This document shows, piece by piece, positions 18,308 through 28,490 of a stretch of 61,972 nucleotides of DNA. The DNA is from an uncultured Bacilli bacterium (lineage in GTDB: Bacteria; Bacillota_I; Bacilli_A; RF39; UBA660). Position 1 is the stretch's first letter; each line of letters opens with the position of its first letter. Below the pieces are notes generated by a model, which was not told where the DNA came from, did no database searches, and worked only from the letters and a program-made list of their open reading frames with translations. The stretch covers positions 1 through 61,972 of the forward strand of contig CAKPFH010000002.1 in the NCBI GenBank assembly GCA_934153655.1, given 5' to 3'. The translations under genes were made by a program, and so were the position numbers.

Positions 18308-18802
18308 ATGAAAATATCAATGATAGCAGCTGTTGGTAAAAACTTAGAACTTGGTAAAAATAATGATTTGATTTGGCATTTACCAAATGATTTAAAATAT
18401 TTTAAAAATACAACATCAGGTAAAACAGTTGTAATGGGAAAAAATACTTTTAAATCTTTACCTAAAGTTTTACCAAATAGAAAAAATATTGTTTTAACAT
18501 TTCCAGATGATACCGAAGACTTAGGAAATGAAGTTGAAATATTTCATGGAATAGATGAATTTCTTGAAGCATACAAAGATACTCAAGAAGAAGTATTTAT
18601 TATAGGTGGTGCAAGTATTTATAAACAATTTTTAAAATATGCTGATACTTTGTATTTAACTGAGATTGATGATACTTGTTCTACTGCTTCAGTTTATTTT
18701 CCTGAGTTTGATAAATCTTTATACGAAAAAGAAATAGTAGGAAAAAATAGTGATAATGGAATTAATTATTTACATGTAATATATAGGAGGGTTCATGGGT
18801 AA
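18308..18802 (+). CDS. folA: Dihydrofolate reductase
   Basis: ISMIAAVGKN..IG..N.LIWHLP.DLKYFK..T.G..VVMGKNTF.SL, then IIGGASIY. Confidence 0.85.
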   Translation: MKISMIAAVGKNLELGKNNDLIWHLPNDLKYFKNTTSGKTVVMGKNTFKSLPKVLPNRKNIVLTFPDDTEDLGNEVEIFHGIDEFLEAYKDTQEEVFIIGGASIYKQFLKYADTLYLTEIDDTCSTASVYFPEFDKSLYEKEIVGKNSDNGINYLHVIYRRVHG

Positions 18803-19463
18803 ATTTATTGTAATAGAAGGAACAGATTGTTCTGGTAAAGAGACACAAAGTAAATTATTAGTTGAAAAATTAGAAAAGATGGGTAAAAAAGCCATTCGTT
18901 TGACTTTTCCAAATTATGATTCACCAACTGGAAAAATTGTAGGAGGACCATACCTTGGTAAAAAAGAAATATGTGAATGTTGGTTTAAGGAAGGTGCTGT
19001 TAACTTAGATCCAAAGGTTGCAAGTTTATATTATGCAGCTGATCGAAAATACAATGAAAATAGTATTAAAAAATATCTAGATGATGATTATTTTATTATT
19101 TGTGATAGGTATGTAAGTAGTAATATGGCTCATCAAGGAAGTAAAATTAAAAATGATGAAGAAAGATTTCACATGTATGAATGGATTGATAAATTAGAAT
19201 TTTGGTTACTATCTTTGCCAAAACCTGATAAAACAATTTTCTTGCATGTTCCATATACTTATGCAGCTAAATTAAAGAAAAATCGTGCATCTTTAGATGA
19301 ACATGAAATGAGTGAAGAACATTTAAAAAACTCTGAAATTGCTTATGTTGAATTATCTGAATTATATAATTGGAAAAATATTAATTGTATTAAAAATGAT
19401 GAAATAAGAACAATAGAAGATATAAATGAAGAAATAATTGAATGTTTAAAAGAATATTTATAG
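18795..19463 (+). CDS. tmk: Thymidylate (dTMP) kinase
   Basis: P-loop FIVIEGTDCSGKETQ, FPNYDSPTGK, and a DRY motif (CDRYVSS). Confidence 0.85.
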   Translation: MGKFIVIEGTDCSGKETQSKLLVEKLEKMGKKAIRLTFPNYDSPTGKIVGGPYLGKKEICECWFKEGAVNLDPKVASLYYAADRKYNENSIKKYLDDDYFIICDRYVSSNMAHQGSKIKNDEERFHMYEWIDKLEFWLLSLPKPDKTIFLHVPYTYAAKLKKNRASLDEHEMSEEHLKNSEIAYVELSELYNWKNINCIKNDEIRTIEDINEEIIECLKEYL

Positions 19464-19471
19464 GAGGATTT

Positions 19472-20173
19472 ATGTATAAAAACATATTACTTAAATTAAG
19501 TGGAGAATCACTTATGAGCGATTCTGAAAATATTAATAAAGAAAAAACTAAAGAAATTGCTAAGCTAATAAAAAGAGTTCATGATATGGGAGTTAATATT
19601 GGTATAGTTGTTGGCGGAGGTAATTTCTTTAGAGGAAGAAGTCATCAAGATATGGAAGCTATAAATGCTGATTCTATGGGAATGCTTGGGACAACCATGA
19701 ATGCCCTAGCTTTAAGAGATGCTTTTACTAAAGAAAATATTCCAAACCTGGTTTTTTCACCTTTCGATTTTCATGAACTAATTGAATATCATAGTGAAGA
19801 AGAATTAAAAAAATTATATAAAGAAGGAACCGTTATTGTTTTTAGTGGTGGAACAGGTCATATAGGATGTTCAACTGATACAGCAGCAAGTATGAAAGCT
19901 ATTATGATAGGTGCTGATGTTATTATTAAACTTACTAATGTTGATGGTGTTTATGATAAAGATCCTAATAAATACAGTGATGCTTCAATGTATAAAAAAC
20001 TAACTCATCAAGAAGTTTTGGATAATCCTGAAATAAAAGTAATGGATTTAAAATGTATAAAAGATTGCATGGAAGAGAATAAAGATATTTTAGTAATCAA
20101 CTTCAATGATAAAGAAAACTTAATTAAAGTTTTAAATGGAGAAGATATAGGAACGGTGATTTCTTGTGAATAA
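19472..20173 (+). CDS. UMP kinase family protein (divergent PyrH-like)
   Basis: ATG at 19472 directly behind AGGAGG (the ORF track starts at 19442). Motifs LLKLSGESL, VVGGGNFFRG, ADSMGMLGTTMNALAL and NVDGVYDKDP. The usual GTGNP(F/Y)FTTD loop reads GTGHIGCSTD instead. Confidence 0.75.
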   Translation: MYKNILLKLSGESLMSDSENINKEKTKEIAKLIKRVHDMGVNIGIVVGGGNFFRGRSHQDMEAINADSMGMLGTTMNALALRDAFTKENIPNLVFSPFDFHELIEYHSEEELKKLYKEGTVIVFSGGTGHIGCSTDTAASMKAIMIGADVIIKLTNVDGVYDKDPNKYSDASMYKKLTHQEVLDNPEIKVMDLKCIKDCMEENKDILVINFNDKENLIKVLNGEDIGTVISCE

Positions 20174-20648
20174 TGAAGAAAAAGTAAAAAATTATAAGAA
20201 AAAAAAGCTTTATAAAAATATGATAATAGTTTTAAGTCTTATAACTATTACCTTAGAATCTCTTGCTTTATTTCAAATGATATCTTTCCTATGGGGATTT
20301 ATTCCTTTCTTTTTAACTTATTATTTTAAAGGTTTATATGAAGAAGTTAGTTTTAAAGAAATGTTTAAAAGAAAGAAAAAAACTAATTCTAAAGAAACTA
20401 TAGAAAAAGAAGAAGTAAAAGAAGAGAAAAAAGAAATAAAAGATGAAAAAACAGAAGTAAAAAAAGAAATAGAAGATACAAAAACTATTAAAAAAGAAAC
20501 TAAACCTAAAACTTCTAATTCAAGAAATAATCAAAATAATAAGAATAAACAAAATAATAAAAATAATAATAGAAATTATAAAAATAATTCTAATAGAAAT
20601 AATAATAAAACTAAAAATTATTCTAAAAAAGATAAAAATTCAAAGTAG
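20166..20648 (+). CDS. Small membrane protein with K/E/N low-complexity tail, unknown function
   Basis: GTG start overlapping the upstream stop. Two hydrophobic helices, then a K/E-rich and N-rich tail. Start uncertain. Confidence 0.4.
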   Translation: MNNEEKVKNYKKKKLYKNMIIVLSLITITLESLALFQMISFLWGFIPFFLTYYFKGLYEEVSFKEMFKRKKKTNSKETIEKEEVKEEKKEIKDEKTEVKKEIEDTKTIKKETKPKTSNSRNNQNNKNKQNNKNNNRNYKNNSNRNNNKTKNYSKKDKNSK

Positions 20649-20711
20649 TAATATTTTGAATTTTTTAATTGTACATTTTTACATATTTTTACATTTTCTA
20701 ATATGAGATGT

Positions 20712-20740
20712 TTTACATTATTCATAACTTTTGTTATAAT
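20712..20740 (+). promoter_or_regulatory. Sigma-A-like promoter of the autolysin gene
   Basis: TTTACA - 17 nt - TATAAT, with TGT immediately upstream (extended -10). Confidence 0.5.
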
Positions 20741-20763
20741 ATTACTAGAATAGAAGGATAGTT

Positions 20764-23700
20764 ATGAAGAAGAAAATAATTTTATTACTTAGTATATATT
20801 TTATTATTTTACCAGTTAAAGCTCTTACTTATAAAGAAATAGAAGCAAGAAGTGTTTGTCCTAATTTTGAACTTGCAATTGCTAATACTTCTAAAAATTT
20901 AGATAGTGTAGCATGCTTTGATACTTATCTTGATGCTAAAAATAAATTTAATGAAACTAATAATGATGATTTAGTTATTCTAGAAAGAAAAAATAATATA
21001 ACTAAAATAATAGATGCTAAATATGCTCTTGTCTACCTTGGAGTTAGAAGTATTTCGGAAAATACTAATTATTATTCAAATAGTAATTTAACAAGTAGTA
21101 TAGCTTATATGAATCATCATCCAAACTATGGAGCAACTGATGGAGTTTTTTTAGATTTTAATTATGATAATCATGCAGCTTTAGTCTATTCAAATGGAGT
21201 AAAAGGTTGGTTAAAAGATGATTATTACCGAATAATTCCTCTTAATTTTTTAGGAACTACAAGCTATTATAAAATAGTTAATAATGAATTATATCATTAC
21301 TATGGAAAAGATATTCAAACTAATTATTCAAGTTATGGAAGAGTAATTGATAAAAAACCAGATTATTTAGAAAATAAATCTTATTATAGCTTTGATGGTA
21401 CTTATTTTTATAATAGTTTTAAAGAATTAATAACTGATTTAAAAAATAATAATTATAATTTAAGTGTAAACAAGGATAATCCTTATTATAATTATTATAT
21501 GTATTTGCCTCATAGAGGAATATCTAATTATTCAGGTGATGATATTGATTCTTATTTAAAAAATAATAAAGGTTTAATTGGAACTATTTATGGCAACAAA
21601 GCTATAACTCATTACTCTAATATGTATCAAACTGGTAATTTCTTTAAAAATAGTGAATATTTATACGGAGCTAATGCTATTTTAATGATGTCTTTAGCAA
21701 CTAATGAATCTGCTCTTGGTCAAAGTAGTATAGCAATTTATAAAAATAATTTATTTGGTCATTCGGCATATGACTCTAGTGCTTTTGATTCAGCAACTGG
21801 TTATTTAAATCCTTATCAAAGTATAATAGGACATGCTAAAAGTTATATAAATTGTGGTTATGCAAATCCTAATGATTCTAGATATTACGGATCTAATATG
21901 GGTAATAAAAGTAGTGGTATGAATATAAAATATGCAAGTGATCCGTATTGGGGTGAGAAAGCTGCTAATTATTATTATTTATTTGATAAAGATAATGGTT
22001 TTCTAGATTACAATTATTATCAATTAGGAATAACTACAAATTATGGTTTTAATGTAAGATCAGAACCTAATCAAACAAGTAGTATTCCTTTTACGATAAA
22101 ATCCTTGAATATTTCAGTTATTATTTTAGAAGAAGTAAAAGGAACTTACTATAATGGATCAGATATTTGGTATAAAGTTGTATCAGATATGAATCTTAAT
22201 GGAACTAGAACCAGTGGAGTTAGTTGTAGTTATGCTAATTATTATAACTATAATTCTTATGTTTATATACATTCATCTTTTATTAAAAAAATTAATAAAA
22301 CTATAAATGGTAAATACAATAGTGTTAATTTACAAAATAATAATTATATTTATAAAGAATATTCAAGTGGAGCTAAATATACTCCTAAAACTGGTACTAT
22401 TTTAAAAAATACTAATATGTATACAACTTCATCTTTAAATGATAAAATTGGCTCTTTAAATAAAGGTATGATTGTTCCTGTATTTATGACAGCTTATTTA
22501 AATGATAAACCAGTTGCTTATTTAGTAGAAAGTATCTATAGTAAAAATCAAAAAGCTTGGATAGATGCAAGTAGTTTAGAATTTGTTAATAAAGATTTAT
22601 TAATAACTAACTTGGATACTAATTATTTAAATGTTTTTAATGATGTATCCGGAAGTGTTGTAGGAAGTATTTATACTAATAATTATTCAGTTATTGTAGA
22701 TTCTAAAAAATCTAATAATGATTTATGGATAAAAATCCATTATGATAATAATACCTATGCTTGGTTAAATACTAATATTTCAACAAGTTTAGGATCAATT
22801 TCTTATACAACTGATTTAATAAATCAACCTCCAACTATAACTGCAAATGATAAAACTATCTTTATTAAAGATGAATTTAATCCTTTAAAAGATGTAAAAG
22901 CAATTGATCCAGAAGATGGAGATATTACTAAAAATATAAAAGTATCAGGAAGTGTTGATATAAATAAACCAGGAACTTATCAACTAACTTATGAAGTAGT
23001 AGATTCAAAAGGTGAAAAAGCTACTAAAACCATTAAAATTGTTGTTAAAGATTATGAGGCAAGAAACAGTTTATTCATGTATGAATCACTAAAACATGTA
23101 AGTGGTAATACCTTTGAATTTAAAGGATTTTTAGGAACTATTAAAGAAGATAATAAAAATAACTATCATACTATAACTTTTAAAAATGAAGATACTAATA
23201 AAGAATATACTTATAAATTAGATAAATACATGGATTATCCATATGAAATGTCTAGTTTAGAAGATGATAAAAAATATGATTATTCAGCTGGTTGGTTTCA
23301 AGGTAAAATAGATTTATCTAACTTAGAAAACGGGAATTATTTAATTTATATTAATTCTTATAATTATACAAATGGTACTAAAACAACTTCATATTTTACT
23401 AATATTGCTTATTTAGATATGCCAAGAAGGGTAAAAGGAAATAATTTAGGATTTGCTTTTAATGTTGATTTTTCTCATCAAGGAAGTCCTATGATTTTAG
23501 AAGTTAGAAAAGATTTAGTTAGTTATGACGAACCAACTAGTATGGATCCTATGTATAATTACTTTAATGAATTAAAACTTAATGAAGATAATTTAACTAT
23601 AACTGGAACAAGTCATAGTATAGGAGTAAACTATTCTAAAAATGATACAATAAAAAGAGAAATAATCTTTGAAAACTTATCTACTTATGAAAGAACAAGT

Positions 23701-23979
23701 TATGATTTATCTTATATTGACAATGGTCCTTATAAAATAGAATTACCAGTATCAGATAATAAAGATAAAACAAGAGCTTGGTTTAAAAAAACAATTAGTT
23801 TAAAAGACTTAAAAAAAGGAAAATACTCAGTTCTTATTAAAACAACATCTAATAATAAAACTTATTATGGAGAACTTATTGATATCGCTTATACAAACTT
23901 TTCTAATTTAAATACAAGTAATTATATTTTTTCAAGAATTGATGAAAAAAGATTAAGAATAGAACTTGAAAAGAAGTAA
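20764..23979 (+). CDS. Large secreted autolysin: GH73-type N-acetylglucosaminidase, SH3b-like domains, Ig-like (DUF5011-type) domain
   Basis: Signal peptide. LMMSLATNESALGQSSIAIYKNNLFGHSAYD (glucosaminidase). NVRSEPNQTSS...WYKVV (SH3b). PPTITANDKTIFIKDEFNPLKDVKAIDPEDGDIT...GTYQLTYEVVDSKGE (Ig-like). Confidence 0.75.
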   Translation: MKKKIILLLSIYFIILPVKALTYKEIEARSVCPNFELAIANTSKNLDSVACFDTYLDAKNKFNETNNDDLVILERKNNITKIIDAKYALVYLGVRSISENTNYYSNSNLTSSIAYMNHHPNYGATDGVFLDFNYDNHAALVYSNGVKGWLKDDYYRIIPLNFLGTTSYYKIVNNELYHYYGKDIQTNYSSYGRVIDKKPDYLENKSYYSFDGTYFYNSFKELITDLKNNNYNLSVNKDNPYYNYYMYLPHRGISNYSGDDIDSYLKNNKGLIGTIYGNKAITHYSNMYQTGNFFKNSEYLYGANAILMMSLATNESALGQSSIAIYKNNLFGHSAYDSSAFDSATGYLNPYQSIIGHAKSYINCGYANPNDSRYYGSNMGNKSSGMNIKYASDPYWGEKAANYYYLFDKDNGFLDYNYYQLGITTNYGFNVRSEPNQTSSIPFTIKSLNISVIILEEVKGTYYNGSDIWYKVVSDMNLNGTRTSGVSCSYANYYNYNSYVYIHSSFIKKINKTINGKYNSVNLQNNNYIYKEYSSGAKYTPKTGTILKNTNMYTTSSLNDKIGSLNKGMIVPVFMTAYLNDKPVAYLVESIYSKNQKAWIDASSLEFVNKDLLITNLDTNYLNVFNDVSGSVVGSIYTNNYSVIVDSKKSNNDLWIKIHYDNNTYAWLNTNISTSLGSISYTTDLINQPPTITANDKTIFIKDEFNPLKDVKAIDPEDGDITKNIKVSGSVDINKPGTYQLTYEVVDSKGEKATKTIKIVVKDYEARNSLFMYESLKHVSGNTFEFKGFLGTIKEDNKNNYHTITFKNEDTNKEYTYKLDKYMDYPYEMSSLEDDKKYDYSAGWFQGKIDLSNLENGNYLIYINSYNYTNGTKTTSYFTNIAYLDMPRRVKGNNLGFAFNVDFSHQGSPMILEVRKDLVSYDEPTSMDPMYNYFNELKLNEDNLTITGTSHSIGVNYSKNDTIKREIIFENLSTYERTSYDLSYIDNGPYKIELPVSDNKDKTRAWFKKTISLKDLKKGKYSVLIKTTSNNKTYYGELIDIAYTNFSNLNTSNYIFSRIDEKRLRIELEKK

Positions 23980-24011
23980 AAATATGATATAATTAAAAAG
24001 AATAGGAGACT

Positions 24012-25949
24012 ATGAAAATGAAAGAATTTTTTAGTATGAATAAACCATTTAAAAAATATTTACCAATTTATATGATAATGTTATCAATAGTTCTATTGAT
24101 GGGAACAAGTTATGCTCTTTTAAGAAGTTCGCATCAAGGAGAAAACACTTATACAATGAATGTTGGAACTCTTCAAGTGACATTTGTTGATAGTGCAACT
24201 AATGCTTTAACTCTTGAAAATGCTTATCCAATGACAGATGATGAGGGCATGAGTGAAACAAAAGAACTTACTTTTACGGTTAAAAACACCGGAACTATTA
24301 CAGCTAAATATTCAGTTTATATCGAAGAAACCTCAACTAGTCCTGAGTTTAAAAGTGTAATTAGATTTATTTCTAATAAAAATGATGCTGGTTATAATAA
24401 TCCTAAGACTTTATCAGAAGATAAATATATTGATAGTGAGTCATATCTTAAAGTATCTGAAACAGCTGTTTACAAGGTAAAAGCTTGGATATCTGAAACT
24501 GCTGATAGTACTTATATGAATAAAACATTTACAGCTAGAATTGTTGTTTATAGTGAACAAGCAACTTTAGCTTCTGAAAAAATTAAAGATAATTTAAAAA
24601 ATAAAAATAATGATAGTTGTCAAACTTATCAAGAAAGTGATGGAATATATTATGTTTCAGCAGATGATTGTGTTGACTTTAACTATGTTTGGTATAGTGG
24701 TAAAATGTGGCGTATTGTATCAGTTAATTCTGATGGAACTATTAAAATGATGACTGATAATAATATAACAACAATTGCCTTTGGTGCTAACCATAGATTT
24801 TATGATTTTAAAAACAATATAACTTCCTTTGCTTATCAATTTTTAAATGAAGATTTTTTAGATACTTTATATAATTATCAAAATGTAATAGTTACTGATA
24901 ATACTTGGAATGAAAGTTCAACTTCTTCTATTGATACCGAACTTCCAACAACAGGTGATACTGCTAAAATAATTAATAATGCAACAACTGGTAAGAATAC
25001 CCCGGTAGGACTATTGAACACTTATGAATACTATATGAGTTTTAGTGATGACTATGCTGAGTGTAATAGTAAAGCTGATACTTTTTGGCTTTTAAATAGT
25101 GAGAATTATGATGCTTCAGCAACTGCTGGATCAATATTTGCAAGTTGTAATGATGGTGGAGGAGCTGATAATTCAATTAGTGGTATAAGACCGGTTGTAA
25201 GTTTATTATCATCAATTAAATTTACATCAGGAAATGGTACTAAAACTAATCCATATCGTGTATCAGGTGATATGGAAGACGCAACAGCTAATACAACCCT
25301 TTTAAATACTAGAAATAGTGGTGAATATATTAAAATTGATAATGAATTATATCGAATTTCAAGTATTAATAATAACATAACTAAAGTGATAAAAGATACT
25401 TATGTTTCAAGCAGTGGAACCTCTTTAACTAAAAAGTTTAGTACATCTTATAAATTTGGTGGTGGTTCAACTGTAGATTATTGGGATTATTATTTAAATA
25501 ATAATTGGTATAATAGTTTATCAGTTAAAAGTTTAATAACAAGTGGAACTTTCTATATAAATTATGTTGATGGTGGAAATCATATTGGTAGTGATAATAT
25601 TGAAATGATTTCAGATCCCATAAATTATAAGAATGGTATTTGTTCTACTGTTAATACAACGGATACAATTAAAAATTGTACTAAAACTACTAATATTTGG
25701 TCAGGAAATATAGGACTTCCAAGATATGGAGAGATGTTTGCCTCTTTAAGAGACGGGAATACAACAGATTTTTATTTAATAACTCCATATGATAATACTT
25801 ATGTTTGGTCTATAAGTAGTACATCTAGTTTTTCGTTTAATATAGATCCATCTACTTCTTTAAGTGTAACACCAATGTTTAATTTATCAGCAAGTACTAA
25901 GATAACAGGAGGAACTGGATTACCAAATGATCCGTTTACAATAGGCTAA
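24012..25949 (+). CDS. Secreted/anchored protein of unknown function
   Basis: RBS AGGAG. N-terminal signal anchor followed by a TasA-like segment (LLRSSHQGENTYTMNVGTLQVTF). No catalytic motif recognised. Confidence 0.5.
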   Translation: MKMKEFFSMNKPFKKYLPIYMIMLSIVLLMGTSYALLRSSHQGENTYTMNVGTLQVTFVDSATNALTLENAYPMTDDEGMSETKELTFTVKNTGTITAKYSVYIEETSTSPEFKSVIRFISNKNDAGYNNPKTLSEDKYIDSESYLKVSETAVYKVKAWISETADSTYMNKTFTARIVVYSEQATLASEKIKDNLKNKNNDSCQTYQESDGIYYVSADDCVDFNYVWYSGKMWRIVSVNSDGTIKMMTDNNITTIAFGANHRFYDFKNNITSFAYQFLNEDFLDTLYNYQNVIVTDNTWNESSTSSIDTELPTTGDTAKIINNATTGKNTPVGLLNTYEYYMSFSDDYAECNSKADTFWLLNSENYDASATAGSIFASCNDGGGADNSISGIRPVVSLLSSIKFTSGNGTKTNPYRVSGDMEDATANTTLLNTRNSGEYIKIDNELYRISSINNNITKVIKDTYVSSSGTSLTKKFSTSYKFGGGSTVDYWDYYLNNNWYNSLSVKSLITSGTFYINYVDGGNHIGSDNIEMISDPINYKNGICSTVNTTDTIKNCTKTTNIWSGNIGLPRYGEMFASLRDGNTTDFYLITPYDNTYVWSISSTSSFSFNIDPSTSLSVTPMFNLSASTKITGGTGLPNDPFTIG

Positions 25950-25994
25950 AAAAATTATTTCCTTATGGGATAAGGTTTTGAAAAGAAGTTTAAC

Positions 25995-26023
25995 AAATTG
26001 TTGCAATTGCAACAATTTTTTTT
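25995..26023 (+). terminator. Rho-independent terminator
   Basis: Perfect 24-nt palindrome AAATTGTTGCAATTGCAACAATTT, followed by a T-run. Confidence 0.7.
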
Positions 26024-26141
26024 GTTATTTAGAAATATAATTAGGGTACAAAAGAAGATAAAAAAATTATATATGTCTTTTTATGTAAGTTTAATTGTAA
26101 ATGATTAAACTAATTTATATAATGTAATTGAGGAGGATTTT

Positions 26142-28490
26142 ATGATTACTGATGTATGTAAAAGTGATACTTTAAAAGTTATTAAAAGAGATGGAAAGAA
26201 AGTTCCTTTTAATGAAGATAAAATAGGTCTTGCAATTAAAAAGGGCTTTGATAGTTTAGGAGAAAAATATAAACCAGATGATAGTAGTTTAGTTTATAAA
26301 AAAGTAATTGAAGATATTAATGAAAATTATAGTGATAGTAAAACTATTAAAATAGAAGATATTCAAGATTTAATTGAAAATAATTTAAGAGAACTAGGGT
26401 ATGTTGATGTTCTTGAAAGTTTTGCAAGTTATAGAGAAGCTAGAGATAAATCAAGAAGTATGTTTCAAAGTCGTCAACATAAACTTATTAAAGCAATTGA
26501 AGCTTTGTCTTTAAAAGATGCTAGTGAAGAAGATAGTAAAAGAGATAATGCTAATGTTAATGGTGATACAGCTATGGGAACAATGCTTCAATATGGAAGT
26601 ACTATCTCAAAAGAATTTTCTAAGTCATATTTTATTAAACCTGAGTTTTCAGATATGCATGATTCTGGAATGATACATATTCATGATATGGACTTTTTAC
26701 CAATGGGTACAACTACTTGTTGTCAAATAGATTTAGCTAGTTTATTTGAAAAAGGTTTTTCAACAGGACATGGATTCTTAAGAAGTCCTAATAGCATTAT
26801 GAGTTATGCTGCTCTTGCTGCTATTGCTATTCAATCTAATCAAAATGATCAACATGGTGGTCAATCAATTCCAGCCTTTGATTACTATATGGCTCCTGGG
26901 GTTGTTAAATCATTTAGAAAAGAATTTAAATCACTTTTATTTGACTTTTTAGAACTTGAAGGATTTGATAAATTCTTAAATATGAAAGGTATTGAAAAAG
27001 AAATATCTAAAATTAAAGAAGTTAATTTTAATATGAATGCTTTTGAACATTTCTTTAAAGGTTCAGGAGATGTTGAATTATTATTTAGAAAGGCTCACAA
27101 AAAAGCTATTGTTAAAGTTGAAAAACTTACATATCAAGCAATGGAAAGCTTTATTCATAATTTAAATACCATGCATTCAAGAGCAGGGGCACAAGTACCA
27201 TTTTCATCTATTAACTTTGGAACTGATACAAGTTTTGAAGGAAGAATGGTAATGAAAAATTATTTACTTGCAACTGAGGCTGGTCTTGGTCATGGAGAAA
27301 CACCAATTTTCCCAATTTCAATATTTAAAGTAAAAGAAGGTGTTAACTATAATAAAACTGATCCAAACTATGATTTATTTGAACTTGCTTGTAAGGTTTC
27401 AGCTAAAAGATTATTTCCAAATTTCTCATTTATTGATGCTCCATTTAATAAACAATATTATAAAGAAGGTAATATCAACACAGAAATTGCTTATATGGGA
27501 TGTCGTACAAGAGTTATAGGAAATGTTGTTGATCCAGATAGAGAAATTGTAACTGGTCGTGGTAATTTATCATTTACATCAATTAACTTAGTTCGTTTAG
27601 GAATTAAATACGGAATTGTAAATGGGGCTAAAAAAGCCGATATGGAAGGATTTTATAAAGAATTATCTGAAACTATGGATAAAGTTCGTGATCAATTACT
27701 TGATAGATTTGATATTCAGTGCAAAAAACACGTTTATAACTTCCCATTCTTACTTGGACAAGGTATTTGGATAGATTCTAAAAACTTAAAAAATAAAGAT
27801 AATTTAAGAAAAGTTTTGAAACATGGTACTTTAACTGAAGGATTTATTGGTCTTGCAGAATGCTTGAAAGCTTTAACTGGTAAACATCATGGAGAATCTA
27901 AACAATCTCAAGAATTAGGTCTTGAAATTGTTAAATTCATGCGTAATAAGTGTGATGAATACACTAAAGAATATAAACTTAATTTCTCTTTAATTGCAAC
28001 TCCAGCCGAAGGTTTATCAGGCCGTTTTACAGCAATTGATAAATCAATTTATGGTATTATTCCAGGAGTAACTGATAGAGAATACTATACAAATTCTTTC
28101 CATGTACCAGTTTATTATCAAACAACTATTTCCAATAAAATTAAAACTGAAGCACCATATCATGCTTTAACTAATGGAGGACATATTTCATATATTGAAC
28201 TTGATGGTGATTTATGTGAAAATGTTGATGCTTTCATTAAAGTTATTCGTATGATGAAAGAAGCAGGAATAGGTTATGGAGCAGTTAATCATCCAGTAGA
28301 TAGAGATCCAGTTTGTGGTTTCACTGGTGTTATTGGAGATGTTTGCCCAGGATGTGGTAGACGTGAAACAGACGGGGTTAAATTTGAAAGAATTAGAAGA
28401 ATTACCGGTTATTTAGTTGGTACTGTTGATAGATTTAACAATGGTAAAAAAGCTGAAGAACATGACCGTGTAAAACATACTTTTAAATAA
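26142..28490 (+). CDS. nrdD: Anaerobic ribonucleoside-triphosphate reductase (class III)
   Basis: N-terminal ATP-cone (VIKRDGKKVPFNEDKI). C-terminal Zn site CPGCG. Glycyl radical motif RRITGYLVG. Confidence 0.95.
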   Translation: MITDVCKSDTLKVIKRDGKKVPFNEDKIGLAIKKGFDSLGEKYKPDDSSLVYKKVIEDINENYSDSKTIKIEDIQDLIENNLRELGYVDVLESFASYREARDKSRSMFQSRQHKLIKAIEALSLKDASEEDSKRDNANVNGDTAMGTMLQYGSTISKEFSKSYFIKPEFSDMHDSGMIHIHDMDFLPMGTTTCCQIDLASLFEKGFSTGHGFLRSPNSIMSYAALAAIAIQSNQNDQHGGQSIPAFDYYMAPGVVKSFRKEFKSLLFDFLELEGFDKFLNMKGIEKEISKIKEVNFNMNAFEHFFKGSGDVELLFRKAHKKAIVKVEKLTYQAMESFIHNLNTMHSRAGAQVPFSSINFGTDTSFEGRMVMKNYLLATEAGLGHGETPIFPISIFKVKEGVNYNKTDPNYDLFELACKVSAKRLFPNFSFIDAPFNKQYYKEGNINTEIAYMGCRTRVIGNVVDPDREIVTGRGNLSFTSINLVRLGIKYGIVNGAKKADMEGFYKELSETMDKVRDQLLDRFDIQCKKHVYNFPFLLGQGIWIDSKNLKNKDNLRKVLKHGTLTEGFIGLAECLKALTGKHHGESKQSQELGLEIVKFMRNKCDEYTKEYKLNFSLIATPAEGLSGRFTAIDKSIYGIIPGVTDREYYTNSFHVPVYYQTTISNKIKTEAPYHALTNGGHISYIELDGDLCENVDAFIKVIRMMKEAGIGYGAVNHPVDRDPVCGFTGVIGDVCPGCGRRETDGVKFERIRRITGYLVGTVDRFNNGKKAEEHDRVKHTFK

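Noticed and set aside
26040-26141. NrdR boxes upstream of nrdD (ATTATATATGT near 26068 and ATTTATATAATGT near 26113)
   Set aside because: Both are only weak matches to the acaCwAtATaTwGtgt consensus. They are spaced about 45 nt apart rather than the usual ~31-32 nt. They cannot be distinguished from AT-rich background by eye.
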